Shown one piece after another: positions 9,991 through 18,944 of a DNA stretch of 64,000 nucleotides. The stretch covers positions 5,216,001 to 5,280,000 of the forward strand of contig CBDCJH010000002.1 in the NCBI GenBank assembly GCA_965217775.1, read 5' to 3'. Positions within the stretch are counted from its first letter, which is position 1. Each line of letters opens with the position of its first letter. The position numbers and the translations under genes are program-made. A model generated the notes under the pieces. The model made no database searches. It was given only the letters and a program-made list of their open reading frames with translations, and was not told where the DNA came from. Source of the DNA: Acidobacteriota bacterium (lineage in GTDB: Bacteria > Acidobacteriota > UBA6911 > RPQK01 > JAJDTT01).

Positions 9991-10037
9991 GTTTCGCACG
10001 TCATCACGGAAAAATAGACTGTCCCATTCTTGCGCTG

Positions 10038-10082
10038 ACCAGATTGCTCCAGGAGCAGGAGTAGCCGGTCTGCGCCACACGC
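10038..10082 (+). pseudogene. short diverged copy of the ankyrin gene terminus and downstream spacer
   Basis: CCAGATTGCTCCAGGAGCAGGAGTAGCCGGTCTGCGCCACACGC resembles 8944-8990 and 11969-11998; starts about 8 bp after a motif. Confidence 0.65.
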
Positions 10083-10164
10083 CTCCGCCATCCTCCTGAC
10101 ATCGAACGAGGGGCGGAGAACGTGACTGTCCCGGGGCGGAAAACGTGACTGCCCCCTTCTCTCC

Positions 10165-10407
10165 GCCTTTTCGACGATCGATTGGCTCGTAGAGAACGGC
10201 TACGTTCGGGCTCTCCAGCGTGGAGGACTACAGGTCAACGGCTGCATGTTGACCGAGAAGGCGCTGAAGCTACTCAACTCCATTCCCGATGGCGTCCAGC
10301 AACCCGACGAGACTTTTGGAAAGATTCTTGCTCGCCTGATCAAGGAGGGTGGGATAGACGCGGCCAAGGGCCTGGTCACCCAATTGTTTACATCTGGACT
10401 AACCTGA
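10165..10407 (+). pseudogene. 5'-truncated gene fragment (~80 codons)
   Basis: Open frame AFSTIDWLVENGYVR...LTEKALKLLNSIP...KEGGIDAAKGLVTQLFTSGLT* begins directly after the motif; no start codon or RBS at its 5' end; not in the ORF track. Confidence 0.6.
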
Positions 10408-10873
10408 TGCGCTACCGTACTAATGACAACGGCGCGCGAAAAATAGACTGTCCCCTTCTCCCCAATTCACGGGGAAACTGTCCGGTTCTCGTTTCCCAAA
10501 CGTCATAGCTATTTGAGCACCAAAGGCGAGAGACTTGTGAGGGGCCGCTTCGGCTCCGTCTCGCGAAACCAGGGTTAGTAATTGGTGTCTGTGATCGGTT
10601 CCGGCACGAGGGCAATACCTCCGGGTTCGCTGTTGACGGGAAATAGCGAATGGGAAGACGCCACCTTGGGAGTCCGCCGGACGGGCTCTGCGCTGGAGTC
10701 GGCTCTTGGAGAAATCTGGCTCACGAGCGCAGGTGGGACGCCAAATGCCTCTGGACATCGCCGGATCTTAGCTTTGGTCAACACATACGAGTCAGCAAGA
10801 CGGCTCTTGCGGAAAACGTGATTGTCCCCTTCTCCTCGGTTTTCTCCCGGCACCATCAATCCCTGGAAAGCAT

Positions 10874-11427
10874 TCACTGCTGAGTCAGTCCATGGAAGTA
10901 AGTCTTTGCCTTCCCGGATTCCTCCCCTGCACAGGTAGTGATTATCCAGTATTCTCCCACCCTGACCGGCATGAGAAGGGAGGCACCCGTCACATGGACG
11001 CCATGTTTCGGTCCCCCAGTGCGAATGTGCGCAGATGCATTGGCAAGCAATGTCGCCCGTTTACGGGCCTCTTGACTCACCAAATCCTCTCGGTTTGCAG
11101 AGACATACCCGCAAAGGGTTACACGCTCACCCTCCTTACCCAATTCCAACGCCGCAGACACAAGTCCGTCTGTAGATGCCTGCTGAACTGTGTCAAAAGT
11201 CAGCGGACCCGACATTTCGGAAAAGCCGACTCGCTGGTTTCGAATCTCCAGTAATTGAACAACAATCAAAACCGCCAGACTGATCTCCACTACTAGGACC
11301 ACGACCAGCAGGACCCGAGATCGACCATCTATAGCCGAAAGTGCAGAGGCTGCGATCTGCCAAACTGCGTAGACGGTAAGTCCCCCACATACACTATCGT
11401 TATCAGATCAGCAATGTTGTCCAGCAT
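10874..11427 (-). pseudogene. frameshifted membrane-anchored hypothetical protein
   Basis: GAGGAGG RBS and ATG 11427 give MLDNIADLITIV, which continues in another frame as VCGGLTVYAVWQ...; apparent 2-nt GT insertion near 11393. Confidence 0.55.
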
Positions 11428-11609
11428 TTATCCTCCTCTTTTCCGAATGCACGCATATATCGGGGACTCCAGGAACAAGCGACGTAGGTAAAACTAGTTC
11501 TACCATGGACGGAAGGGGACAGTCTCGCTCCTGTGGCCAATTTTGAGCGCGGAACGTGAGTGCGGAACGGACAACGTGACTGTCCCTTTCCCCCTTGATC
11601 AGGCGGTCT

Positions 11610-11994
11610 GCGAGGTGCGGCGGGACAGACGGCTCTCGCCTGCGCGGCGTACCAGGGATTTCCGGAGATCGCCAAGTTGCTGCTGTACCGGGGGGCGGAC
11701 CGGGATGTTCAGGACGACGATGGTCGGACCCCGCTGATGCAAGCCGCCTGGAACGGTCATGCTGAGGTGGCGGAACTCCTACTGGATCGGAAGTCCCGGA
11801 TCGATGTCCAGGATGGTGAGGGCGCCACTGCCTTGGCCCTCGCCGCGTCCCGAGGCCAAGCGGATCTGGTCCGGCTGCTGTTGAGCCGCGGCGCGGACGC
11901 CGGTATCCGGAACCACCAGGGACGGACTCCCCTCATGCTGGCGCAGGCCGAGGGCCGAAAGGTCACGGCCAGATTGCTCCAAGAGCAGGAATAG
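11610..11994 (+). pseudogene. diverged duplicate of the last 385 bp of the ankyrin gene
   Basis: Gap-free colinear with 8585-8969, largely conservative changes, no proper start; begins just after the motif at 11578. Confidence 0.9.
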
Positions 11995-11999
11995 CCGGC

Positions 12000-12242
12000 C
12001 CGTAACATCCGCAAGCCGCCGCCTGCCATCCCCCTGCGCGAGTCCTGCCGCCACCAGGAACGGGTCACAAAACCCGCCCTCGCCAACCTTTCCAAGTGGC
12101 CCCTCATTGGGTCGAGGGCATACGCGTCCTGCTCAAGAAGGGCACGGCGGTGGCCAGCGTCGCAGCCTTCCTCGATGTCGTGCGTTCTCCCCCTCACGGC
12201 CACATCGACGCCCCCATCGGCTCCCTGCGCAAGATCGCCCTC
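12000..12242 (+). mobile_element. IS1634-family transposase N-terminal remnant
   Basis: PPAIPLRES...LANLSKWP then (frameshift) VEGIRVLLK...VVRSPPHGHI...LRKIAL matches the IS1634 N-terminal signature. Confidence 0.7.
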
Positions 12243-12545
12243 CATGCACCGGCGATTTCGTTCACCATGACTCCCATGGGCCGCTCCGGCAGCCGTCGGC
12301 CCATGTTGACTATCGTCTGTCCTCCGTATACTTTGACTCGAATTGAGATCCGGCCCCCCTATACCAGGGAGAAATCGCGAAATGCTGCGGATTTTCGAAA
12401 CATATTGAGGCTCTGAGAGTCTCCGGAATCGACGATCTCTTCTGGCGCAAGGGTGGCGGTATAGGTTCCTGGGCGTTCTTTCACCGCTTCCGCGGACTGA
12501 GGGTCGGGCAGGAACTCTCGGAAGAGCGAAACAAGGAGCCTCCCG

Positions 12546-14015
12546 ATGCGATGTTTTCAGGCGATGTCGATAGGTATCGTCCTGACCGCGTCCACCTTGG
12601 GATGGGAATCGAGCGTCTTCGCCCAAGTTCGCGGGCGCGTGAAGAGTAGCCTGCTATTGCTCATCGACGCCTCCGGGAGCATGGGAGATCCCATCGGAAG
12701 GGGGAATTCACAGGTCAAGATCGAAGCTGCCAAGCAGGCCGCCATCGCCGCCTTGGGCCGGGCGGCAAACAGCGGTTCGGTGGAAGTCGCGGTTCTGGCC
12801 TTCAGCGGAGATTGCAAAAATCCTGTCCCTCGCTACCAGGACTTCACCCGGGATGTCAGTCGGCTCACGCAGTTCATCAATAGTCTGCAGCCGGGCGGCG
12901 GCACCCCCATGGCCGAAGCCTTGCTATTCGCCAACCGCTATATGCACGGAAACAGTGATCCCGGTGCTGCCACGCGAATGATCATGTTGCTTGCGGATGG
13001 CCAGAACGACTGCGGCGATGTCGCTCAGGCGATGGGCAGCTTGAAGTCCGGCGGGATCATCTTCCGGCATGAAACCGTGGGGTTCGGCATTACGCCAAGC
13101 TCTCCGGCGACGCACGATTTGCGCCAGATTGCCACTCAAACCGGCGGCGTCTACCACCATGCCGCCGACGCCAACCAACTGGCGGACGTGTTCATGGAGT
13201 TCGTGGACACGTTTTCCGTTATTGACATGCTGGGAATGTTCGGACGTCCCGGCGCGCGTGGGACGGCGGTAAACCCGCAAGGGCAACCGAAGAAGAAACA
13301 AGCGCCAGACATCGCTCCCCCAACTTCCAAGCCAGGGTCTGGTGAATTGTCAAACATGCTCGGTCTCTTCAAACCAAAACAGTCGGCGGCGGAGGTGGAC
13401 AATTCACTTCCTGCCGCTTCCGGATCGATGCTGTGCTACCGGCAATTCACCAACCCCTCGGGGCTGGACGGCGTGCGCGACCATCATCAGGTCACCGAAT
13501 TCACCTGCGCCACTTCATGCCAGTCTTTTGGGTCGTCCCCGTACCTTACCGGCGAGACCAGAGTCGACCGCCCGCCCGGGACGTCGTGCGCGGAGCAGTG
13601 CATCTACGCAGCCGGTTCCGATTTCGATGCGAAATTCGTCCATGGCCGGTCCATCATCGAGAACCACTGCGTGAACGCATTCGATCCGCTACAGTCGCCC
13701 GACGTGGTGACCCATTTCTACTGCGACCTCTCGGACAATAAGCATCGCGTCACTTGGCAGAGCAGGACGCGGCCATGGGCCGGCTTTCGCATCTATCTCA
13801 ATCACTTTCCCGACCGAAACGACGAAGCGCAATTCATGGGCGAAACAGTGGGGAACACGTTTGATTTCGAGTACGGGACGAACTTTCACGAAAATCCAGT
13901 GGTGGACGGGATGAATCTCTGGAATCCGTTTCCGCAAGTCGGGGTGAGTGCCTGCAACAAGTATGGAATCTGCACGCCGGTTTTCTACGGAAATCGGGGC
14001 GGCTGCGGGCCGTAG
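12546..14015 (+). CDS. secreted VWA-domain protein with Cys-rich C-terminus
   Basis: Signal peptide, MIDAS motif DASGS, GGTPM, LADG; many Cys in the C-terminal half. Confidence 0.85.
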   Translation: MRCFQAMSIGIVLTASTLGWESSVFAQVRGRVKSSLLLLIDASGSMGDPIGRGNSQVKIEAAKQAAIAALGRAANSGSVEVAVLAFSGDCKNPVPRYQDFTRDVSRLTQFINSLQPGGGTPMAEALLFANRYMHGNSDPGAATRMIMLLADGQNDCGDVAQAMGSLKSGGIIFRHETVGFGITPSSPATHDLRQIATQTGGVYHHAADANQLADVFMEFVDTFSVIDMLGMFGRPGARGTAVNPQGQPKKKQAPDIAPPTSKPGSGELSNMLGLFKPKQSAAEVDNSLPAASGSMLCYRQFTNPSGLDGVRDHHQVTEFTCATSCQSFGSSPYLTGETRVDRPPGTSCAEQCIYAAGSDFDAKFVHGRSIIENHCVNAFDPLQSPDVVTHFYCDLSDNKHRVTWQSRTRPWAGFRIYLNHFPDRNDEAQFMGETVGNTFDFEYGTNFHENPVVDGMNLWNPFPQVGVSACNKYGICTPVFYGNRGGCGP

Positions 14016-14440
14016 ACGGGCGCGGACCTTCCCATTCCCGATCGATTGGACAGGTGGGGGCTCGCGTTACGAGGTTTCGCGCCTGGTATCGAGTCACGAT
14101 GGGGTCACCGACATCATGCCCTTCAAATCATGGCGGGCCAGCATGGAGATTCGTGAGGCTCTCTCTCGGGAGCACTGGCCGACGACTATCCGACGGTTCA
14201 AACGGTAAAGCGTCGACTGCTGGACGAGTGCGGTGATGACTGTCACGTCGTCATGGAATTCAGTGTCGTATGCGCGGCCTTTGCGGCGGATGAGGTGCTG
14301 GACCGAGGACTACGAAGACCGCGCGCGGGCTCAGAAAAGGGCCATGGATGAATGCTGAGAGAGGCGGGACATGGTCCATTGTACGAGTCTGGTGTTGCAT
14401 GCGACGTTGAGCGATGAAATCAGATGATGGGAGAAGCACC

Positions 14441-17071
14441 ATGAGGAAGACAGTTGGTCGTTTACTGGCCGTGTCGTTATTGGGGGGCATTGTGTTTGGT
14501 TCGGCGCAACTTCCGCCGGAGATCCTCGCGGACCAATATCTGCTGCAAGCCGACCAGCAGATAGCCAAGAACGACCATGAGGAGGCGCTCCAGTCACTCC
14601 AGAAGATCCTGGCTCTGCAAAAGGAGCACGGACTGACGTTGCCGGAGGCGTTCCACTTCAAGTATGCGCAAGTGGCGTTTGCAGCCGGATCGTTTCCAAC
14701 GGCGTTGGAGTCGGTGAACCAGTATTTGGTGATGGCCGGCAGAGACGGCGAGTTCTACCAGAAGGCGTTGGAGTTGTTGCTTGCAATCAAGGCGGTGGCG
14801 GACCGGACCCCGTGCGCGGGCCAACCCAAGGGGACCGAGTGCTGGCTGGAGTTGGCGAGTCAGCCGGGATGCTCTGTCTGGATTCCACAATTCGAGCCCT
14901 ACAAGGCAGCAACGTGGACCGGGGAGTGTTCCGGGGGCGTGGCTCAAGGGCGGGGAACCCTCAAATGGGTCTGGGAAGCTGGTGACAAGCTCTACAAGGA
15001 AAAGAAGAGCGTCGAGAAGGCTGAGACCCCGAATGCCCCACAGCTCCGATCAGGAACGCCGTCCACGTTCCGGGACGGACCCACGTGCGCGGGCCAGCCC
15101 AATGGCACAGCCTGCTGGATGGAGTTGGCCGACCAACCAGGATGCTACGTCTGGGATAGTGACCTCAATGTGGACGCAACCGTGACTTGGACGGGCGAGT
15201 GCATCGAGGGCATTGGTCAGGGTACCGGCACGTTTAAATCGGTGTGGGACGGTGGCAAGAAGACATCGGAAAATACAGGGCGAATGCAAGCCGGCAAGAA
15301 GCACGGGCAGTGGGTCTTGCGCCGTGAGAACGGGGATGTCTTCCAAGGCCCATATGTGGAGGGCAAGTTTCATGGACCTTGGATCCTGCGCTTGGCAGAC
15401 GGGACAGTCCAGGAAGGCTCGTTTATGGAGGGGAAGCATTACGGGCAGTGGGTCTTGCGCTACAAGGACGGGGATGTCGAGCAAGGATCGGCTGTGGAAG
15501 GCAAGCGCCACGGGCAGTGGTTATGGCGCGACAAGGACGGGAGCGTAGAGGAAAGGTTCTATGTGGAGGGCAAGAAAATCGGGAGCAATGCGAACGCTGA
15601 AGTCATGGAAGGGCTTATGGTAAACGGCCAGATGCACGGGGACTGGGTCTGGCGTGAAGCGGACGGGGATGTCGAGGAAGGGCCCTATGTCGAGGGTCAA
15701 CGCCACGGGCAGTGGGTCTTGCGGTTCGCGAGCGGGAACGTCTGGGAAGGGCCCTATGTAAGCGGCAAGAAGCAGGGAAGTTGGGTCGAGGGGAACTGGA
15801 AAGGGGCCTATGCCGAGGACAGGAAGCACGGCGACTGGGTCAAACTTCACAAGAACGGAAACATCAGCGAAGAGGTGCCCTTTGTTAAGGGCAAGCGGCA
15901 GGGGCGCTGGGTCAGTCGTAACGAGGACGGGAGTGTCTTTGCAGAAGGGACATATGTAGCGGATCAGAAGCACGGTCGATGGTTAGACAGATACGAGGAG
16001 GCGGCCGGAAGCTACTGGGATAAGGGGTCAGGATCTTACGTGGAGGGGAAGCGGCACGGGCGCTGGAGCTGGCAGGATGGTGCCGGTGACTCAGCGATTG
16101 GACCCTACGTCGAGGGGAAGGAGCACGGCTTTTGGACATTTTACGACAAGGATTCGAAGATCGGGGAGCCCCCTGCAGAGGGCCCCTATGAAGAGGGCCA
16201 GCGCCACGGGCGGTGGGTCTTGCGCGACAAGAACGGGACCATCTCGGAAGGCCCGTATGTCAAGGGAAAGCGGCACGGAACCTGGCTCCTTTACTCGAAG
16301 GGGAAAAAAGACAATTCATTGACGAGTAAGCTCATATATGACAGTGGCAGCATTGCCCCTGTCCCGCTCAAACCGGAAATGGCGGTCATTCCAGCGGGAG
16401 AATACCGGAGAGGCTGTAGGTTGGACTGTGGCGAATACTCGGCCGCAGAGAAACCGGTGCGAAAAGTGAGGGTGGAGGCGTTCGAGTTGTCCAGGTACGA
16501 GGTGACGTTCGAGGAGTACGATCGTTACACGGCGGCGACGGGACGGGAACGCGCGGACGATGAGGGCTGGGGCCGTGGGAGGCAACCGGTAATCAACGTG
16601 TCGTGGGAGGATGCGGTGGCGTATGCGAGTTGGCTGTCGGAGCAGACGGGGCAACGCTATCGGTTGCCGAGCGAGGCGGAGTGGGAGTACGCTGCGCGGT
16701 CGGGAACGAAAAAGAAGAAGTACAGTTGGGGCAACGAGATTGGGCGCAACCGGGCTAACTGCAGGGGTTGTGGCAGTCAGTGGGGCAAGCAGACGGCCCC
16801 GGTGGGATCGTTCCCACCTAACCGTTGGGGCCTGCATGACATGCACGGGAACGTGTGGGAGTGGGTGCAGGACTGCTGGAACGGCTCCTACCAAGGGGCG
16901 CCGGCGGACGGCACGGCCTGGGCAAGCGGGGACTGTTCCCAGCGCGTTTTGCGCGGCGGCTCCTGGTACGTCAGCCCCAGGCTTCTCCGCTCCGCGAACC
17001 GCATCAGGATCACCACCACGAACCGGTACTACGACGACGGGTTCCGCGTGGCCCGGACTATTACCCCTTGA
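14441..17071 (+). CDS. DGR target protein: secreted; TPR-like + Cys repeats + MORN-like repeats + FGE-sulfatase/CLec domain
   Basis: Signal peptide; repeated G.Y..GKRHG.W; YEVTFEEY, RLPSEAEWEYAAR, GLHDMHGNVWEW, RGGSW...GFRVAR; the VR encodes the C-terminus. Alternative ATG at 14414. Confidence 0.93.
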   Translation: MRKTVGRLLAVSLLGGIVFGSAQLPPEILADQYLLQADQQIAKNDHEEALQSLQKILALQKEHGLTLPEAFHFKYAQVAFAAGSFPTALESVNQYLVMAGRDGEFYQKALELLLAIKAVADRTPCAGQPKGTECWLELASQPGCSVWIPQFEPYKAATWTGECSGGVAQGRGTLKWVWEAGDKLYKEKKSVEKAETPNAPQLRSGTPSTFRDGPTCAGQPNGTACWMELADQPGCYVWDSDLNVDATVTWTGECIEGIGQGTGTFKSVWDGGKKTSENTGRMQAGKKHGQWVLRRENGDVFQGPYVEGKFHGPWILRLADGTVQEGSFMEGKHYGQWVLRYKDGDVEQGSAVEGKRHGQWLWRDKDGSVEERFYVEGKKIGSNANAEVMEGLMVNGQMHGDWVWREADGDVEEGPYVEGQRHGQWVLRFASGNVWEGPYVSGKKQGSWVEGNWKGAYAEDRKHGDWVKLHKNGNISEEVPFVKGKRQGRWVSRNEDGSVFAEGTYVADQKHGRWLDRYEEAAGSYWDKGSGSYVEGKRHGRWSWQDGAGDSAIGPYVEGKEHGFWTFYDKDSKIGEPPAEGPYEEGQRHGRWVLRDKNGTISEGPYVKGKRHGTWLLYSKGKKDNSLTSKLIYDSGSIAPVPLKPEMAVIPAGEYRRGCRLDCGEYSAAEKPVRKVRVEAFELSRYEVTFEEYDRYTAATGRERADDEGWGRGRQPVINVSWEDAVAYASWLSEQTGQRYRLPSEAEWEYAARSGTKKKKYSWGNEIGRNRANCRGCGSQWGKQTAPVGSFPPNRWGLHDMHGNVWEWVQDCWNGSYQGAPADGTAWASGDCSQRVLRGGSWYVSPRLLRSANRIRITTTNRYYDDGFRVARTITP
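16938..17055 (+). repeat. DGR variable repeat (VR)
   Basis: 118-bp match to 18603-18720 with 12 mismatches, all opposite TR adenines. Confidence 0.97.
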
Positions 17072-17100
17072 GTCTTTAAATCTTTACTTCCTACGGGGGT

Positions 17101-17120
17101 CCAGGGGGCTGGCCCCCTGG
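17101..17120. promoter_or_regulatory. GC-rich hairpin downstream of VR (DGR target-recognition-type stem-loop)
   Basis: CCAGGGGG-CTGG-CCCCCTGG: 8-bp stem, 4-nt loop, 45 bp after the VR. Confidence 0.75.
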
Positions 17121-17146
17121 TATTTTTCTGAGGCTCAGCGGCAAAT

Positions 17147-17542
17147 TTGAGCAATGCAACCCATCGAGGGCGTGTGGGCAGAGGTGACCGTTCGCGCGAG
17201 ACGGGGCCGGCGCTGGAGTCGCACTTCCGGTTCGTCGCGTGGTTGATCCCGACGATGGAGCGGTTTCCGCGCCGGAAGAAGTTTCTGCTGGGGGACCGGA
17301 TCCAGACCTCGGCGCTGGACGTTCTGGAGCGGCTGATCGAGGCGACCTACACCCGGCGCCGGGGTCCCGCCCTGACCTCCGCCAACCTGGGCCTGGAGAA
17401 ACTGCGGTTCCTGTGCCGCCTGGCGCACAAACTCCGTTACCTGGACCCTCGCCGCTACGAGCACGCGGCGCGACAACTGGACGAGACCGGTCGTCTGGTG
17501 GGCGGCTGGCGCAAGACGCATCATGGCCGAGAAAGCGCGTGA
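17147..17542 (+). CDS. avd: DGR accessory variability determinant Avd
   Basis: WLIPTMERFPR..KFLLGDRI, ANLGLEKLRFL.RLA, E.GRLVGGW; basic four-helix-bundle type protein directly upstream of RT. Confidence 0.9.
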   Translation: MSNATHRGRVGRGDRSRETGPALESHFRFVAWLIPTMERFPRRKKFLLGDRIQTSALDVLERLIEATYTRRRGPALTSANLGLEKLRFLCRLAHKLRYLDPRRYEHAARQLDETGRLVGGWRKTHHGRESA

Positions 17543-18794
17543 TCTCTTCGACCGGATCGCCTCGTTTCCCGCCCTGCTGGAGGCGGCCCGGATCGCCGCC
17601 CGGGGCAAGCGGACCAAGCCCGGCGTGGCGTCGTTCCTCGCCAATCTGGAACCTCAGGTCCTGCGCCTGGAGCGGGAACTGAGGAGCGGGTGCTACCGTC
17701 CCGGACGCTACACCGTCATCGAGAGCCGGGACCCCAAACGCCGCATGGTCTCGGCGGCGCCCTTTTGGGACCGGGTCGTCCACCACGCCTTCTGCCGCGT
17801 CGTGGAACCCATCTTCGAACGCGGCTTCATCCACGACAGCTACGCCAACCGGAAGGGCAAGGGAACCCACAGGGCCATCGCGCGCTACGAACGATTTCGC
17901 GACCGGCACCGCTGGGTGCTGCGTTGTGACATCTTCCGCTACTTCCCGGCCATCGACCACGAGACCCTCAAGGCGGACCTGCGGCGGCGGATCGCCTGCC
18001 GGCGCACCCTGGCGTTGGCGGAACGCCTCATCGATGGGTCCTACCTGCAGGAATCGGTGAACCTCTACTATCCCGGCGACAATCTCTTCACCCCCTTCGA
18101 ACGCCGGCGAGGTTTGCCCATCGGCAACCTGGCGAGCCAGTTCTTCGCCAAACTCTATCTGAACGGCCTCGACCACTTCTGCAAGGAAGTGCTGCGGGCG
18201 AAGGGATATCTCAGGTACGTGGACGACTTCGCGCTGTTTCACGACGACCGCGGGCGGCTCGAGGACTGGCGGAATCGAATCACGACGTATCTCAAGGGCC
18301 GGCGCCTGCGGCTGCACCCACGCAAGACGGTGGTGCTGGAAACTGCTCAACCGACTCCGTTCCTGGGCCTGGTCCTTTTTCCGGGCGGTTATCGCCGATT
18401 GCCGGAAGCGAACGTGCGCCGGTTCCGCAATCGCCTGCGGGGGCTGCGCGACCGCTGGCACGCGGGCGCTGTGGACCTGGAACAGATGACTCGGCACGTG
18501 CGCGCCTGGATCGCGCATGCCGAGCATGCGAATACCTGGCGCCTGCGCCAAGCGATCTTCCGGGCGGTGCGCTTCGGCGCCGTCCGGGGGCCTGACCGTC
18601 CCCCCAGCGCGTTTTGCGCGGCGGCTCCTGGAACAACAACCCCAGGAATCTCCGCTCCGCGAACCGCAACAGGAACACCACCACGAACCGGAACAACAAC
18701 AACGGGTTCCGCGTGGCCCGCACGCTCGCAAGCCGGAGCCGGGGTCCCTACGGGGACGCCGGGAGCGCCTCCGAGCGTCCAGGGACGGTCATGA
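17523..18794 (+). CDS. DGR reverse transcriptase
   Basis: PKRRMVSAAPFWDRVVHHA, SYANRKGKGTH, DIFRYFPAIDH, GLPIGNLASQ (DGR-type SQ), RYVDDF, FLG. Confidence 0.96.
   Translation: MAEKARDLFDRIASFPALLEAARIAARGKRTKPGVASFLANLEPQVLRLERELRSGCYRPGRYTVIESRDPKRRMVSAAPFWDRVVHHAFCRVVEPIFERGFIHDSYANRKGKGTHRAIARYERFRDRHRWVLRCDIFRYFPAIDHETLKADLRRRIACRRTLALAERLIDGSYLQESVNLYYPGDNLFTPFERRRGLPIGNLASQFFAKLYLNGLDHFCKEVLRAKGYLRYVDDFALFHDDRGRLEDWRNRITTYLKGRRLRLHPRKTVVLETAQPTPFLGLVLFPGGYRRLPEANVRRFRNRLRGLRDRWHAGAVDLEQMTRHVRAWIAHAEHANTWRLRQAIFRAVRFGAVRGPDRPPSAFCAAAPGTTTPGISAPRTATGTPPRTGTTTTGSAWPARSQAGAGVPTGTPGAPPSVQGRS
18603..18720 (+). ncRNA. DGR template repeat (TR), embedded in the RT 3' coding region
   Basis: AAC-rich (12 AAY codons in the VR frame); matches the VR except at adenines. 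Confidence 0.96.
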
Positions 18795-18896
18795 TGAAGA
18801 CCGGGACGGCGCCCCTCTTGCCCCGCGGTCGCGGGGGAGGGGCGCTTCCCAATGCGGTTTGTGGGCGGTGGGTCGCCGGATAATCAGATTATCCGG
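18744..18896 (+). other. structured region 3' of TR (three hairpins)
   Basis: GTCCC-TACG-GGGAC (UNCG loop, 18744-18757); GCGCCCCTC...GAGGGGCGC (18809-18845); CCGGATAATC-A-GATTATCCGG (18876-18896). Confidence 0.55.
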
Positions 18897-18944
18897 TTTC
18901 GAAATCGTTCCACGGTGGGGGCTCCTGGTATCGACTCACCCGGG

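Larger units (their letters stand above)
9078..11592. repeat. array of ~10 GACTGTCCC-core hairpin motifs separating heterogeneous DNA fragments
   Basis: Cores at 9085, 9279, 10017, 10124, 10147, 10446, 10476, 10820, 11515 (inverted) and 11578; approximate consensus GGAAAA-N3-GACTGTCCCCTTCTC. Confidence 0.8.

Noticed and set aside
10240-10290. HU/IHF-like fragment on the minus strand (ELSSFSAFSV)
   Set aside because: The plus-strand frame 10165-10407 is a longer and more convincing protein fragment; the resemblance is probably chance.
9078-11592. CRISPR array or integron cassette array
   Set aside because: Repeats are degenerate, spacers range from ~20 to ~700 bp, and there are no cas or intI genes and no attC RYYYAAC/GTTRRRY boxes.
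17523-18794. Group II intron or retron RT
   Set aside because: The SQ motif, adjacent avd and a TR/VR pair identify a DGR; no intron domain V/VI or msr-msd is apparent.
18614-18883. ORF RGGSWNNNPRNLRSANR... as an FGE gene fragment
   Set aside because: This is the TR read in the VR frame; it has no credible start and overlaps the RT.
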